DNA of 64,000 bases from Nitrososphaerota archaeon (GTDB lineage: Archaea; Thermoproteota; Nitrososphaeria; Nitrososphaerales; JACQRY01), in NCBI GenBank assembly GCA_016184315.1, contig JACPCU010000021.1:10050-74049 (forward strand), read 5' to 3'. The translations under genes and the position numbers were made by a program. Of this stretch, positions 33,478 to 42,997 are shown in pieces (within the stretch, counting starts at the first letter, position 1; the number at the start of each line of letters is the position of its first letter). The notes under the pieces are model-generated. The model did not search any database and was not told the origin of the DNA. It worked only from the letters and a program-made list of their open reading frames with translations.

Positions 33478-34102
33478 ACCAAGAAAAAAGACTGCGGCTA
33501 AAGCCAAGAAGACAAAGGCAGCCGCAAAGGCGGCTAAACCGGCGAAAAAGGCAGCCCCGAGAAGGAAAATGACGAAACTAGATGCGAAGGCTAAGGCGCC
33601 TGTAACTCCACCTGAAATGCTTGAGCAGCAGCCAAAGGAAATCGAGGAGCAACAGGTCGTAAAGCAGCCTACACAAGTAGAGAAAAAACCCCCTATGGAC
33701 TTGAAGCAGCTACTAGCTCTAAGAGCCCAGATCAGCAGCAAGCGTCCACGGTTCATACGGCAGGAGTCTTGGAGATACGGCAGGATCAAGGAAAACTGGA
33801 GGAAGCCAAAAGGCATAGACAGCAAAATGCGGAAGATGGTAAAAGGATGGCCCAAAATAGTAAAAGTAGGCTACCGGGGACCCAAAATTGTAAGGGGTCT
33901 GCATCCATCTGGACTAAGAGATGTCTTGGTCAGCAACGCGGGTGACTTGGAGAAGCTCAACCCCAAGACTGATGCAGCGAGGTTTGCGTCAACCCTTGGA
34001 AGAAGAAAGAGGATTGCTCTGTTCGCAAAGGCTAAGAACATGGGCATACGGGTGTTGAACCCCGCTCGTGTAACTCCGATTAAAACCAGAGAGGAGACTT
34101 AG
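33443..34102 (+). CDS. rpl32e: Ribosomal protein eL32 with a ~90-aa K/A/P-rich N-terminal extension
   Basis: 219 aa. The eL32 core is RPRFIRQESWRYGRIKENWRKPKGIDSKMRKMVKGWPKIVKVGYRGPKIVRGLHPSG. It is preceded by KKTAAKAKKTKAAAKAAKPAKKAAPRRK...EQQPKEIEEQQVVKQPTQVEKK. Internal Met starts (MTKLDAK, MDLKQLL) cannot be excluded. Confidence 0.88.
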   Translation: MYTYMSEPKVSKPRKKTAAKAKKTKAAAKAAKPAKKAAPRRKMTKLDAKAKAPVTPPEMLEQQPKEIEEQQVVKQPTQVEKKPPMDLKQLLALRAQISSKRPRFIRQESWRYGRIKENWRKPKGIDSKMRKMVKGWPKIVKVGYRGPKIVRGLHPSGLRDVLVSNAGDLEKLNPKTDAARFASTLGRRKRIALFAKAKNMGIRVLNPARVTPIKTREET

Positions 34103-34105
34103 ACT

Positions 34106-34549
34106 TTGGATGTAAAGGGAAAGAAGCGTTTGGCTGCCGACGTGTTAGACGTAGGCGTCAGCAGAATCAGATTCGACCCTACTCAACTAGAATTGATTGA
34201 AGACGCTATTACCAGGGGTTCCATAAGGGGGCTTGCTAAAGACGGAGTAATCTGGGTCACGCCTGCCAAAGGAGTCTCAAAGGGCAGGCACCGTATTAGA
34301 AAGATAGCTCTGAGAAAGCGCGGTCGAAGCCCAGGGTCTAAGGAAGGCGCAGAAGGGGCTCGGGTGGGCAAAAAGGAGGTTTGGGTGAGGAAGGTCAGAG
34401 CCCTCAGAAATCAATTGAAATCTATGAAGAAGAAGGGCTCCATCACGCATGGAACTTTCAACAAGCTCTATGTGCAGGTAAAAGGCGGTCAGGTGAGAAA
34501 CGTTAAGCACCTTAAGGAGCTAATCCGTGCAACAGGTAAAGGAGCGTGA
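34106..34549 (+). CDS. rpl19e: Ribosomal protein eL19
   Basis: 147 aa. KRLAADVLDVGVSRIRFDP...GRHRIRKIALRKRGRSPGSKEG. Confidence 0.93.
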   Translation: MDVKGKKRLAADVLDVGVSRIRFDPTQLELIEDAITRGSIRGLAKDGVIWVTPAKGVSKGRHRIRKIALRKRGRSPGSKEGAEGARVGKKEVWVRKVRALRNQLKSMKKKGSITHGTFNKLYVQVKGGQVRNVKHLKELIRATGKGA

Positions 34550-35160
34550 CGACGAGTTTGCAGCAGGCGCGTTATATCCCGGTCTTCAGGCGCAGCAGGT
34601 TGAACTACACTAACTACGGAGTGCGCCGCACCTTGGCGGTGTCAAGGATTCCTCTGTTAGTAGTCAGGATCAGCGGCCGCAACGTTAGCGTTCAGGTTAC
34701 GGAAATGGCTACAGGAGGCGACATAGTGTTGGTGTCAGCCTCATCGAGGGAACTGATCAAACTGGGTTGGAAGGGTTCACGGAAGTCTCTGCCAGCAGCT
34801 TATCTGACCGGTCTCTTAGCGGGAACAAAGGCTGTCAAGAAAGGGGTCAAGAAGGCCACTCTTTACATCGGCCTTGAGAGCTTCGTGCCTAAGTCTAGGA
34901 TTATGGCTGTTGTAAAAGGTGCAAAGGACGTTGGGTTGGAGGTTCCTGCTGATCCTGAGACTCTTCCTGCAGAGGAGCGCATAAGAGGTGAGCATGTATC
35001 TGCTTACGCTCAGAGTCTGCGTGAGAAGGATAAAGAGGAGTATTCGAACCGGTTTTCAGGCCTCGTCAACGCAGGCTTTAAGGCAGAGGACTATCCCAGC
35101 AAATTTGACGCTGTCAAGGATAAGATCTTGGAGAGGCGTAAGGTGAAGAAAAATGAGTAG
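34546..35160 (+). CDS. rpl18: Ribosomal protein uL18
   Basis: 204 aa. PVFRRSRLNYTNYGVRRTLAVSRIPLLVVRISGRNVSVQV...AAYLTGLLAG. Confidence 0.92.
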   Translation: MTTSLQQARYIPVFRRSRLNYTNYGVRRTLAVSRIPLLVVRISGRNVSVQVTEMATGGDIVLVSASSRELIKLGWKGSRKSLPAAYLTGLLAGTKAVKKGVKKATLYIGLESFVPKSRIMAVVKGAKDVGLEVPADPETLPAEERIRGEHVSAYAQSLREKDKEEYSNRFSGLVNAGFKAEDYPSKFDAVKDKILERRKVKKNE

Positions 35161-35791
35161 AGCAGTTCAGAGGGAACGGGAAGAGGAGCAGCAACCTTGG
35201 CTACCGAAGACAAGGCTAGGGTCAATGGTGCAGAAAGGTGAAGTTACTTCTCTAGAAGAAATCTTCCAGAGCGGATGGAAGATCAAAGAACCAGAGATAG
35301 TTAAGACTCTCCTCCCCGACATTAGAAACATAGTTGTCAACGTTGCTGTCGTTCAGAAGCAAACCGATGCCGGAGAAATGACTCGCTTCGCTGCCTTGGT
35401 TGCGGTGGGCAACGGAAATGGTTGGCTGGGATTAGGCCGAGGTAAGACTACTCCGATGCGCCTTGCCATCGACAAGGCTACGATCGATGCATTGCTCAAC
35501 GTAATACCTGTCAGATTGGGATGCGGCAGCTGGGAGTGCAGATGTGGTCGTCCACATTCACTGCCCTTCAAAATCGATGGCAAGGGGGGAAGCGTCCGCA
35601 TCGAAATAATCCCCGGCCCCAGAGGTCTAGGACTTGTCGCAGGAGCCACTGTGAAAAACCTTCTTGAGCTCGCAGGTGTAAAAGACGCTTGGACCAGAAC
35701 GTTCGGCTCAACAAGCACCGCATCCTCCATAGCCAATGCGGTCTACGATGCTTTGAAGAAGGTTCACAGCTTAACTTCGGTGCCAAGGTGA
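35153..35791 (+). CDS. rps5: Ribosomal protein uS5
   Basis: 212 aa. VVQKQTDAGEMTRFAALVAVGNGNGWLGLGRGK...IIPGPRGLGLVAG. Confidence 0.95.
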   Translation: MSRAVQREREEEQQPWLPKTRLGSMVQKGEVTSLEEIFQSGWKIKEPEIVKTLLPDIRNIVVNVAVVQKQTDAGEMTRFAALVAVGNGNGWLGLGRGKTTPMRLAIDKATIDALLNVIPVRLGCGSWECRCGRPHSLPFKIDGKGGSVRIEIIPGPRGLGLVAGATVKNLLELAGVKDAWTRTFGSTSTASSIANAVYDALKKVHSLTSVPR

Positions 35792-35798
35792 ACACTAA

Positions 35799-36275
35799 AT
35801 GCCTGACGACAACAAGAGTCTCATTGTGGTGAACATTAGGGGCACCATCAACATCCCCGCGCCTATCAAGGACACTTTAGCTAAACTGAGGTTGGATCGC
35901 CGATACACTGCTACAATAGTAGCTGACACGCCAGTCATAAGAGGTATGTTGAACAAGGCGAAGAACTACGTGGCTTGGTGCCACGCAGATCCAGCTCTGG
36001 TCGAAAAAGTCGTGGAGAAAAGGGGTAGATCCGCTGAGAAGAAGACTTCGCAAGATGAAGCTCTCTCCGCTCTGGGTTTTGAAAATGTGAAGGCTTTCGC
36101 TAAGGCTATTAGCGACGGGAATGTTGTCTTAGGCAAGGCTGAAGGTGTTAAACCAGTGTTCAGGCTTGCTCCTCCCAGAGGGGGTTTCCGCCGGTCCACT
36201 AAGCGGATGCGTTCCGAAGGTGGAGTCTTGGGTGAGAATCCGGATCTGCCTAAGCTTATCGAGGCGATGATTTAG
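35799..36275 (+). CDS. rpl30: Ribosomal protein uL30
   Basis: 158 aa. LIVVNIRGTINIPAPIKDTLAKLRLDRRYTATIV. Confidence 0.93.
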   Translation: MPDDNKSLIVVNIRGTINIPAPIKDTLAKLRLDRRYTATIVADTPVIRGMLNKAKNYVAWCHADPALVEKVVEKRGRSAEKKTSQDEALSALGFENVKAFAKAISDGNVVLGKAEGVKPVFRLAPPRGGFRRSTKRMRSEGGVLGENPDLPKLIEAMI

Positions 36276-36278
36276 AAG

Positions 36279-36710
36279 ATGCCTACTAGACTTAGAAAGA
36301 GCAGAAGATATAGAGGCTCTAGGCAGTGCGGCTTTGGTCAGGTCGCCCAGCACCGCGGATCAGGTTCTAGGGGAGGTTTCGGGCAGGCTGGCTTGATGAA
36401 GCATAAGTGGACTTGGACTGTGAAGTACGACCCCGATCATTTTGGCCATGACGCTTTTAAGCCGCCTCAGCATAAGGGTCCTTCAAAATGGCTCAACGTG
36501 GGGCAGCTTGACGGTCTTGCACGGAGTCTAAACCTTGGCGATAAGAAGGGTATGCAGGAATTAGACCTGACTCATCTCGGATACAGGAAGCTATTAGGTG
36601 AAGGAGCGGTGAAGGGCTCCTACCAGATCGTTGTACCCTCATCCAGCAAATCTGCCCAAGAAAAAGTCGTTGAAGCAGGTGGAGAAATAGTCTCAGGGTC
36701 GAAGAAATGA
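36279..36710 (+). CDS. rpl15: Ribosomal protein uL15
   Basis: 143 aa. MPTRLRKSRRYRGSRQCGFGQVAQHRGSGSRGGFGQAG. Confidence 0.93.
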   Translation: MPTRLRKSRRYRGSRQCGFGQVAQHRGSGSRGGFGQAGLMKHKWTWTVKYDPDHFGHDAFKPPQHKGPSKWLNVGQLDGLARSLNLGDKKGMQELDLTHLGYRKLLGEGAVKGSYQIVVPSSSKSAQEKVVEAGGEIVSGSKK

Positions 36711-38119
36711 GCGCTGTTTCGAAGCTAGTGAGGAACGCAGCCACAGTCCTCCCCGAAGTCGCCAAACCAGTCCGTAAGCCTTCATTCAACGAGAAGCTTG
36801 TATGGACTGGCGTAGCTCTGATTATATATTTCGTAATGGCACAGACCCCTCTCTTTGGGGTTCCCACTGGGCTGCAGGATCAGCTTGCCTACACCAGAGT
36901 GATCTTTGCCTCTAACCAAGGCACCTTGATGGAGCTAGGGATAGGCCCCATCGTGACTGCAGGTATCATCGTTCAGCTCCTGAAAGGGGCTCAAATAATC
37001 AAGCTTGATTTGAAGAAGCCAGAGGACAGAGCTCTATACACCTCAGCAACCAAACTGCTCACAATCATAGTTACACTCTTCGAAGCAGCAGCCTTCATGG
37101 CCGGAGGACTTTTTGGACGAAACGTCACTTTGACCGTTACTGCAGTAATTCTAGGGCAATTGGTGGTAACAGGCATAATCGTTATGCTGCTCGATGAGCT
37201 AGTCCAGAAAGGTTGGGGCTTGGGAAGCGGTATCAGCCTCTTCATTATGGCGGGTGTAGCGCAGAAGATGCTTTGGGATACTTTCAGTATCTTTGAGACT
37301 GGTCAAGGTCCATTTGGAATAATTCCGTATGCGATTGCTGCCGCGACGAGGGGCGACGCAGGTTCTGCTATCTTTAGGGCAGGTGGTCTCCCAAGTATCT
37401 TTGGGCTTGTTTCCACCATACTGCTAATACTTGCGATAACCTTTATCGAGGGAGTAAGAATAGAGATACCTATCACTTCAACCAAGTACCGAGGCTTCTC
37501 GGGCGTATACCCGATCAAGCTCATGTACGTGTCAGTACTTCCGGTAATACTTGTTTCTGCGCTTATAGCAAACATAAACTTCTTCTCCCAAATAATCTCG
37601 CAACGTCTGAATCCAGATAACAGCAACATGCTCATGAACTGGTTCGCCACCTTTAATCCTGCAAATCCAGGTGCGGGACCTACCGGCGGATTACTCTATT
37701 TTCTGACATCTCCCCGTGATATTGGGGCCGCTGCAAGTGAACCTATTAGAACCATAATGTTCATCGCGTTTTACGTTGTCTTCTCAATTATCTTCGCAAA
37801 GATCTGGGTTGAAATAGGCGGTCTCTCACCTAAAGAGGCGGCTAAAGGTCTCATCGACGCCAATGTGATGGTGCCAGGATTCAGGAGAGCAAACATTTCA
37901 ATTGAATCTATCTTGGAGCGACACATACCTGCACTGACGATAATCAGCGGAGCTTTGATAGGTCTTCTGGGTTCGGCAGCAAACCTTCTGGGCGTCTTCG
38001 GTTCGGGTACTGGAATCTTGCTTGCAGTAGGCATCATCATGAACTACTACCAGATACTTGTGAAAGAGCATTTGGAGACTACTATGCCAAAGCTTGCAGG
38101 TCTGCTTGGACGCGCATAG
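36707..38119 (+). CDS. secY: Protein translocase subunit SecY
   Basis: 470 aa, 10 TM pattern. GTLMELGIGPIVTAGIIVQLL, GWGLGSGISLFI. Follows uL15 as usual. Confidence 0.95.
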   Translation: MSAVSKLVRNAATVLPEVAKPVRKPSFNEKLVWTGVALIIYFVMAQTPLFGVPTGLQDQLAYTRVIFASNQGTLMELGIGPIVTAGIIVQLLKGAQIIKLDLKKPEDRALYTSATKLLTIIVTLFEAAAFMAGGLFGRNVTLTVTAVILGQLVVTGIIVMLLDELVQKGWGLGSGISLFIMAGVAQKMLWDTFSIFETGQGPFGIIPYAIAAATRGDAGSAIFRAGGLPSIFGLVSTILLILAITFIEGVRIEIPITSTKYRGFSGVYPIKLMYVSVLPVILVSALIANINFFSQIISQRLNPDNSNMLMNWFATFNPANPGAGPTGGLLYFLTSPRDIGAAASEPIRTIMFIAFYVVFSIIFAKIWVEIGGLSPKEAAKGLIDANVMVPGFRRANISIESILERHIPALTIISGALIGLLGSAANLLGVFGSGTGILLAVGIIMNYYQILVKEHLETTMPKLAGLLGRA

Positions 38120-38195
38120 TTGGCTAAGAGCAGTGGGCAAAACCTTTTTACAAGTAAAGGAACTTTCGTTACCTTCAGTTTGAGGCTGGTCTTAG

Positions 38196-38777
38196 GTGTC
38201 TGGTCAGAAGAGGCTCATAGTGGTAGGCATACCTGGCGTGGGAAAGACTACAGTGATAGATAGGATGATGAGGATTTCGAAGAAGAAGCAGCTCCGGGCA
38301 GAGCATGTTGTCTTCGGAACAGTGATGATGCAGGAGGCTGGGAAGCTGGGTGTTAGCGATAGAGACCAGATGCGTAGATTGCCTGTTGGAGAGCAGAAGA
38401 GGCTTCAATCGTTGGCTGCAGAACGCATTGGGAAGATGACAACTGATCTGTTGGTCATTGATACTCACCTGTTCATCAAGACAGGCGAGGGGTATATGCC
38501 AGGGCTCCCAATTGATTTGCTTAAGCCACTTGCTCCTACCAACATGGTGTTGGTAGATGCCTCTGTACCAGAAGTGTTGGCTAGGCGGGCTAAAGACTCA
38601 ACTAGACAGAGAGATGTTGGGAGCAAAGAGGATGTTCAGCTGGATAAGCAGATGGCTGTAAGCATGTTAGGCGCCACTGGAGTGGCTTTGGGGGTTCCTT
38701 CTTTGATAGTTGAGAATAAGGATGGTGAAGCTGATAAGGCTGCTGAAACGGTTTTACGTGCAGTAGGAGTTGGCTGA
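38196..38777 (+). CDS. adkA: Adenylate kinase, archaeal type
   Basis: 193 aa. P-loop VVGIPGVGKTTV. Conserved position after secY. Confidence 0.85.
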   Translation: MSGQKRLIVVGIPGVGKTTVIDRMMRISKKKQLRAEHVVFGTVMMQEAGKLGVSDRDQMRRLPVGEQKRLQSLAAERIGKMTTDLLVIDTHLFIKTGEGYMPGLPIDLLKPLAPTNMVLVDASVPEVLARRAKDSTRQRDVGSKEDVQLDKQMAVSMLGATGVALGVPSLIVENKDGEADKAAETVLRAVGVG

Positions 38778-38780
38778 AGT

Positions 38781-39269
38781 ATGCTGCAAATATTGGGCGA
38801 CATATCCACGATACCTACCTCGACCCTAATCGTAATCTTGATGGCTGCAGGTGTAAACCTGCTTTTTGCTGTAGGAAGAAGGTTCCTTACAAACGTGGAG
38901 TGGTCTAAGAGGGCTCAAGCTGAGCTTAGAGAGTTCAACAAGGAGTTACGGCAATCCTTGAAGGCTAAAGATAAGTCTAAGGAGGATAAGATGATGAAGA
39001 AGAAGAAGCAGATGGACGCTATGCAAGCCAAACTCATGATGGAGAATACGCGCGTAACCTTTCTGTTCTTTCTACCCATGATAGGTCTCTGGTGGCTCAT
39101 GTCAGGTATCATTGGTGCTAACGCTGTTGTAGCCATGTCCCCCATCCCCTTTGATCTCATCTTCATCAAAATTGATCCGCATCTGAACTTCTTTTGGTGG
39201 TACTTCATCTGCAGCTTAGCTCTTAGCGGAGTCATCACAAAGGCCACCGGGACAAGTCTCACTGACTAA
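38781..39269 (+). CDS. DUF106/EMC3-TMCO1-like membrane protein (archaeal Oxa1/YidC-superfamily homologue)
   Basis: 162 aa. TM helix, then a basic coiled stretch (KAKDKSKEDKMMKKKKQMDAMQAKLMMEN), then two TM helices. Conserved adk-DUF106-cmk synteny. Confidence 0.7.
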   Translation: MLQILGDISTIPTSTLIVILMAAGVNLLFAVGRRFLTNVEWSKRAQAELREFNKELRQSLKAKDKSKEDKMMKKKKQMDAMQAKLMMENTRVTFLFFLPMIGLWWLMSGIIGANAVVAMSPIPFDLIFIKIDPHLNFFWWYFICSLALSGVITKATGTSLTD

Positions 39270-39857
39270 TTGTTTCTGGAGGGGTTTCACTTCACCATGG
39301 TTGCCGTAATAATCATCTCAGGTTATCCTTCCGTGGGTAAGACTACTGTAGCTAAGGTTGTGGCTCAGCATCTGAAGCTCGGATACATGGGTGGCGGAGA
39401 AGCGTTGATGGCCATGGCAATCAGAAAAGGGTACAAGCCTTCGGGGGAAGACTGGTGGGACACAGCTGAGGGTATGGCCTTCCTTCGTGAAAGATCTGGC
39501 AACTCACAGTTCGATAAAGACGTTGACAATGAGCTCCTAGAAGCTGTAGACAAAGGGAATATGGTCGTCACGAGCTATACTCTGCCATGGCTCGCCAAAA
39601 AGGGCTGGAAGTTTTGGCTCTCCGCTAGCGCCGAGAACAGAGCTAGAAGGATGTCTGGAAGAGACAGAATCAGCTATGAAGACGCCGTCAAGGTTGTGAG
39701 AACAAGAGATGAGGAGAACAGGAATCTCTACAGCAAGCTTTACGGCTTCGAATTCGGCTACGACCTGTCAGTATTCGATTTCGTGGTCTCCACGGACAGG
39801 CTTTCCAAGGAGCAGACCGTTGAGTCGGTGTTGTGCATAGCCAAGAGATTAGTGTGA
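39270..39857 (+). CDS. cmk: Cytidylate kinase, archaeal type
   Basis: 195 aa. P-loop ISGYPSVGKTTVAK. The start may be ATG at 39297. Synteny. Confidence 0.8.
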   Translation: MFLEGFHFTMVAVIIISGYPSVGKTTVAKVVAQHLKLGYMGGGEALMAMAIRKGYKPSGEDWWDTAEGMAFLRERSGNSQFDKDVDNELLEAVDKGNMVVTSYTLPWLAKKGWKFWLSASAENRARRMSGRDRISYEDAVKVVRTRDEENRNLYSKLYGFEFGYDLSVFDFVVSTDRLSKEQTVESVLCIAKRLV

Positions 39858-40885
39858 TCCCAAAGTTGTCCTATGAACCATCTAAGAGTCATGTGGCCCT
39901 AGCGGAAGAGCAGACTGATCCACAATTCGGTTGCCCCTATGACCAAAGACCGATAGAAGTCCTACTGGACTACGGTCTGATTCCTCTTGACAAGACTCCT
40001 GGGCCGACTAGCCACGAAGTGGTCGCATGGGTGAAGAGGGTCTTGGGGGTCAAGAAGGCCGGCCACAGTGGAACCCTAGATCCAATGGTAACGGGTCTTC
40101 TGCCTGTGGGTATAGGTGAGGCTACGAAGGCCCTGTCGATTCTCCTGATGGGACCCAAGGAATATTATGCCGTTGCCAGACTTCACGCTTCCGTAAGCGA
40201 AGAGAGCCTTAGAAGGGTTCTCGAGGAGTTTACTGGTGAGATATATCAGCGTCCGCCTCAGCGGTCTAGTGTGAAACGTGTAACACGTACCAGGTTCATT
40301 TACAGTCTTGAGTTGGTTGAACAGCAAGGGAACCTTCTTCTCCTAAGAGTGCTCTGTCAAGCAGGAACCTATGTGAGGAAACTGGTTTACGATATGGGAG
40401 AGGTCTTGGGTACGGGTGCAACGATGGTAGATCTGAGGAGAAGTAAGGTGTGTCATCTGGAGGAGAAGGATGGGTTTGTGAGGCTGCACGACTTGGCTGA
40501 TGCTTATCACTCTTGGAGGAGTAACGGGGAAGAAAAGAGGCTTAGACAGATGATCTTTCCCGTTGAGAAGGTTGTTGAAGGGTTGAAGAGCGTTGTGGTA
40601 CGGGATTCAGCTGTCAACGCGCTTTGCCATGGGGCTCAGCTGGCTGTCCCAGGGATTCTTACGCTATCATCAGATATCAGGAGAGGTGAGTTGGTTGCAG
40701 TTTACACTTTGAAGAGGGAGCTGGTCTCTGTGGCTGAGGCTGAGATGACTACGGAGGAGATTGCTGAGGCAGGGAAAGGCATCGCGCTTCTAACTAAGAG
40801 GGTGATAATGAAGGCCGATACATATCCTAGGCTTTGGAAGACGAAGACTGCAGCTGAAGCGGGTAAAGTTGAGGGGCACACCTAG
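39833..40885 (+). CDS. cbf5: tRNA/rRNA pseudouridine synthase Cbf5 (TruB family, H/ACA RNP catalytic subunit)
   Basis: 350 aa. Catalytic-Asp motif GHSGTLDPMVTGLLPV. C-terminal PUA domain (VVRDSAVNALCHGAQLAVPGI). Confidence 0.92.
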   Translation: MHSQEISVIPKLSYEPSKSHVALAEEQTDPQFGCPYDQRPIEVLLDYGLIPLDKTPGPTSHEVVAWVKRVLGVKKAGHSGTLDPMVTGLLPVGIGEATKALSILLMGPKEYYAVARLHASVSEESLRRVLEEFTGEIYQRPPQRSSVKRVTRTRFIYSLELVEQQGNLLLLRVLCQAGTYVRKLVYDMGEVLGTGATMVDLRRSKVCHLEEKDGFVRLHDLADAYHSWRSNGEEKRLRQMIFPVEKVVEGLKSVVVRDSAVNALCHGAQLAVPGILTLSSDIRRGELVAVYTLKRELVSVAEAEMTTEEIAEAGKGIALLTKRVIMKADTYPRLWKTKTAAEAGKVEGHT

Positions 40886-40970
40886 TCTGCCTGTTGTCAT
40901 GCCTTGAAAATTGCATATGTCAGTTAGAAACTAAGAGAATATTAAGGACAAAAGCTGTTCTATCAGGTAA

Positions 40971-41510
40971 ATGTACGAGATCAGATGGCATGGAAGAGGA
41001 GGGCAGGGTGTTGTAACTGCCGCTGAACTTTTGGCCGATGCCGTAGTGGAGGAGGGTCGCTTTGCTCAAGCCTTCCCTTTCTTTGGCCCTGAGAGACGTG
41101 GCTCCCCAGTCTCTGCTTTTACTCGGGTTGATCAAGAGCCGATAGAGCTTGTTTCAAGGGTCTATGAGCCTGACGCTGTGGTTGTTCTTGACCATAGGTT
41201 GCTGCATCAGGAGAATGTGGTCGAAGGTCTGAAGCCAGGTGGCGCTTTGATTCTAAATGCTCCGGAGGGCTTCAGTGTCTTAGATAAGACTATAGGAGAG
41301 TGTACCATCACCTCCGTCGACGCCACCGCTATTGCAGTCAAGAGAATTGGGGTGCCTTTGGCTAACACAACGATTCTGGGTGCCGTGGTGAAGGCTACTG
41401 GAACGGTTGGGCTTGAGAGTGTTGAAAGAGTAGTGTTGAGGAAGTTTGATGCTCAAAACGCTGAAGCGGTAAGGGAGGGTTTTCATCTAGCTTACCGTGT
41501 GGAGAATTGA
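40971..41510 (+). CDS. porG: Pyruvate/2-oxoacid:ferredoxin oxidoreductase gamma subunit
   Basis: 179 aa. IRWHGRGGQGVVTAAELLADA. First gene of the gamma-delta-alpha-beta order. Confidence 0.88.
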   Translation: MYEIRWHGRGGQGVVTAAELLADAVVEEGRFAQAFPFFGPERRGSPVSAFTRVDQEPIELVSRVYEPDAVVVLDHRLLHQENVVEGLKPGGALILNAPEGFSVLDKTIGECTITSVDATAIAVKRIGVPLANTTILGAVVKATGTVGLESVERVVLRKFDAQNAEAVREGFHLAYRVEN

Positions 41511-41794
41511 TCTGTTTGTCTGAACATCTGCGGGCTTGGACTGAAATGGACATCGGCACTGTGGTGAGGGACAGTGGCTCCACAATACACGCCAAGAAGT
41601 CAGGGTGGAGAAGTACTCAACCGCTCATAGATTACAAGCGTTGCACTTCATGTGGATGGTGCTGGGCGTATTGCCCTGAACCAGCCATAAGACTGGAAGG
41701 AGGAAAATACATTATCGACTACTCATTCTGCAAGGGTTGCGGCATATGCGCAGTTGAATGCCCGCTGCACTGCATATCCATGGTTATGGAGTAG
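41507..41794 (+). CDS. porD: Pyruvate/2-oxoacid:ferredoxin oxidoreductase delta subunit (2x[4Fe-4S])
   Basis: 95 aa with a TTG start overlapping the porG stop. CTSCGWCWAYCP and CKGCGICAVECP. Confidence 0.88.
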   Translation: MICLSEHLRAWTEMDIGTVVRDSGSTIHAKKSGWRSTQPLIDYKRCTSCGWCWAYCPEPAIRLEGGKYIIDYSFCKGCGICAVECPLHCISMVME

Positions 41795-41803
41795 AACAAA
41801 AGA

Positions 41804-42991
41804 TTGCAGAAATTGACAAGCAGACTTGGGCTTTCAGGGAACACAGCTGCGGCGTACGCTGTCAGACAGCTTGACGTAGACGTAGTCCCTGTGTATCCGA
41901 TAACTCCTTCAACAACAATCATGGAGACTCTGGCTCAATATGCAGCTGATGGAAGAATGGATGCTGAGATCATCACCGTTGAGTCTGAACATTCAGCTAT
42001 CTCTGCTGCTGCCGCAGCATCAGCAGCTGGGGCGAGAACCTTCACCTCTACTAGTTCACAAGGTCTCCTCTACATGCATGAAGTTTTGTACGTAACTTCG
42101 GGTCTCAGGCTTCCAGTGGTCATGGCTGTGGCCAACAGGGCGATATCTGCACCCATAAACATATGGAACGATCAGTCAGATGTTTTCGCTGAGAGAGACA
42201 CAGGTTGGATTCAGATTCATGCTGAGAGCGTTCAGGATGTCTACGATAGGATGGTTCAGGCCTATCGTATAGCCGAAGATTCAAGGGTTAGGCTTCCTGT
42301 GATGGTGAATTATGATGGCTTCGTTCTGAGCCATGCTCATGGTCCTGTCACCATCGTCGCTGATGAAGAGGTTGCCCATTTTGCTCGTAGAGTCGCTTCG
42401 CCGTTTAGGCTCGACCCTGATTCGCCTATCAGTTTGGGCGCCATTGTTTGGCCCGATCATTACTTTGAAGTCAAGTATCAAGCAGCTCGTGCCCTTGAAG
42501 ATTCGAGGCGTGTTATCGATGAGGTGCAGAACGACTTTAGAGGGATGACCGGCAGAAAGTATGAGTTACTTCGACCATATATGGCTGAAGACGCTGACTT
42601 CCTGCTATTAGCTATCGGCTCGGTGTGCGGCACCATCAAGACGGCGGCTAGGAAAATGAGGAGTGAAGGCTTGAAAGTGGGGCTCATTGGCCTCGATGTT
42701 TACAGGCCTTTCCCGGGGAAGGAGCTTATGCGTCTTATTGGGGGCGCCAAGGCGGTAGGCGTGTTGGACAAGGCTTTCCTGCCTGGATCTATGGCTGGAC
42801 CAGCCTATACTGATGTAACCTCAGCCTTATGCCGCTACGGTGTCAATGTTCCTGTTCACGATTTTGTTGCTGGTATTGGAGGAAGAGATATCAAAGTCGA
42901 GGATGTTCAGACCATGTACCGTGTTCTGGAAAAGGCCAAGGACAATGCCAGATTTGACCGTGAAATCCATTATGTGGGTTTGAGGAGGTAA
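41804..42991 (+). CDS. porA: Pyruvate/2-oxoacid:ferredoxin oxidoreductase alpha subunit
   Basis: 395 aa. GNTAAAYAVRQLDVDVVPVYPITPST...VESEHSAISAAAAASAAGARTFTSTSSQGL. Confidence 0.9.
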   Translation: MQKLTSRLGLSGNTAAAYAVRQLDVDVVPVYPITPSTTIMETLAQYAADGRMDAEIITVESEHSAISAAAAASAAGARTFTSTSSQGLLYMHEVLYVTSGLRLPVVMAVANRAISAPINIWNDQSDVFAERDTGWIQIHAESVQDVYDRMVQAYRIAEDSRVRLPVMVNYDGFVLSHAHGPVTIVADEEVAHFARRVASPFRLDPDSPISLGAIVWPDHYFEVKYQAARALEDSRRVIDEVQNDFRGMTGRKYELLRPYMAEDADFLLLAIGSVCGTIKTAARKMRSEGLKVGLIGLDVYRPFPGKELMRLIGGAKAVGVLDKAFLPGSMAGPAYTDVTSALCRYGVNVPVHDFVAGIGGRDIKVEDVQTMYRVLEKAKDNARFDREIHYVGLRR

Positions 42992-42997
42992 AGTGGC

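Noticed and set aside
33436-33855. 139-aa minus-strand ORF with A/F/L/G-rich repeats
   Set aside because: It is the mirror image of the K/A-rich eL32 extension inside the ribosomal operon. There is no independent support.
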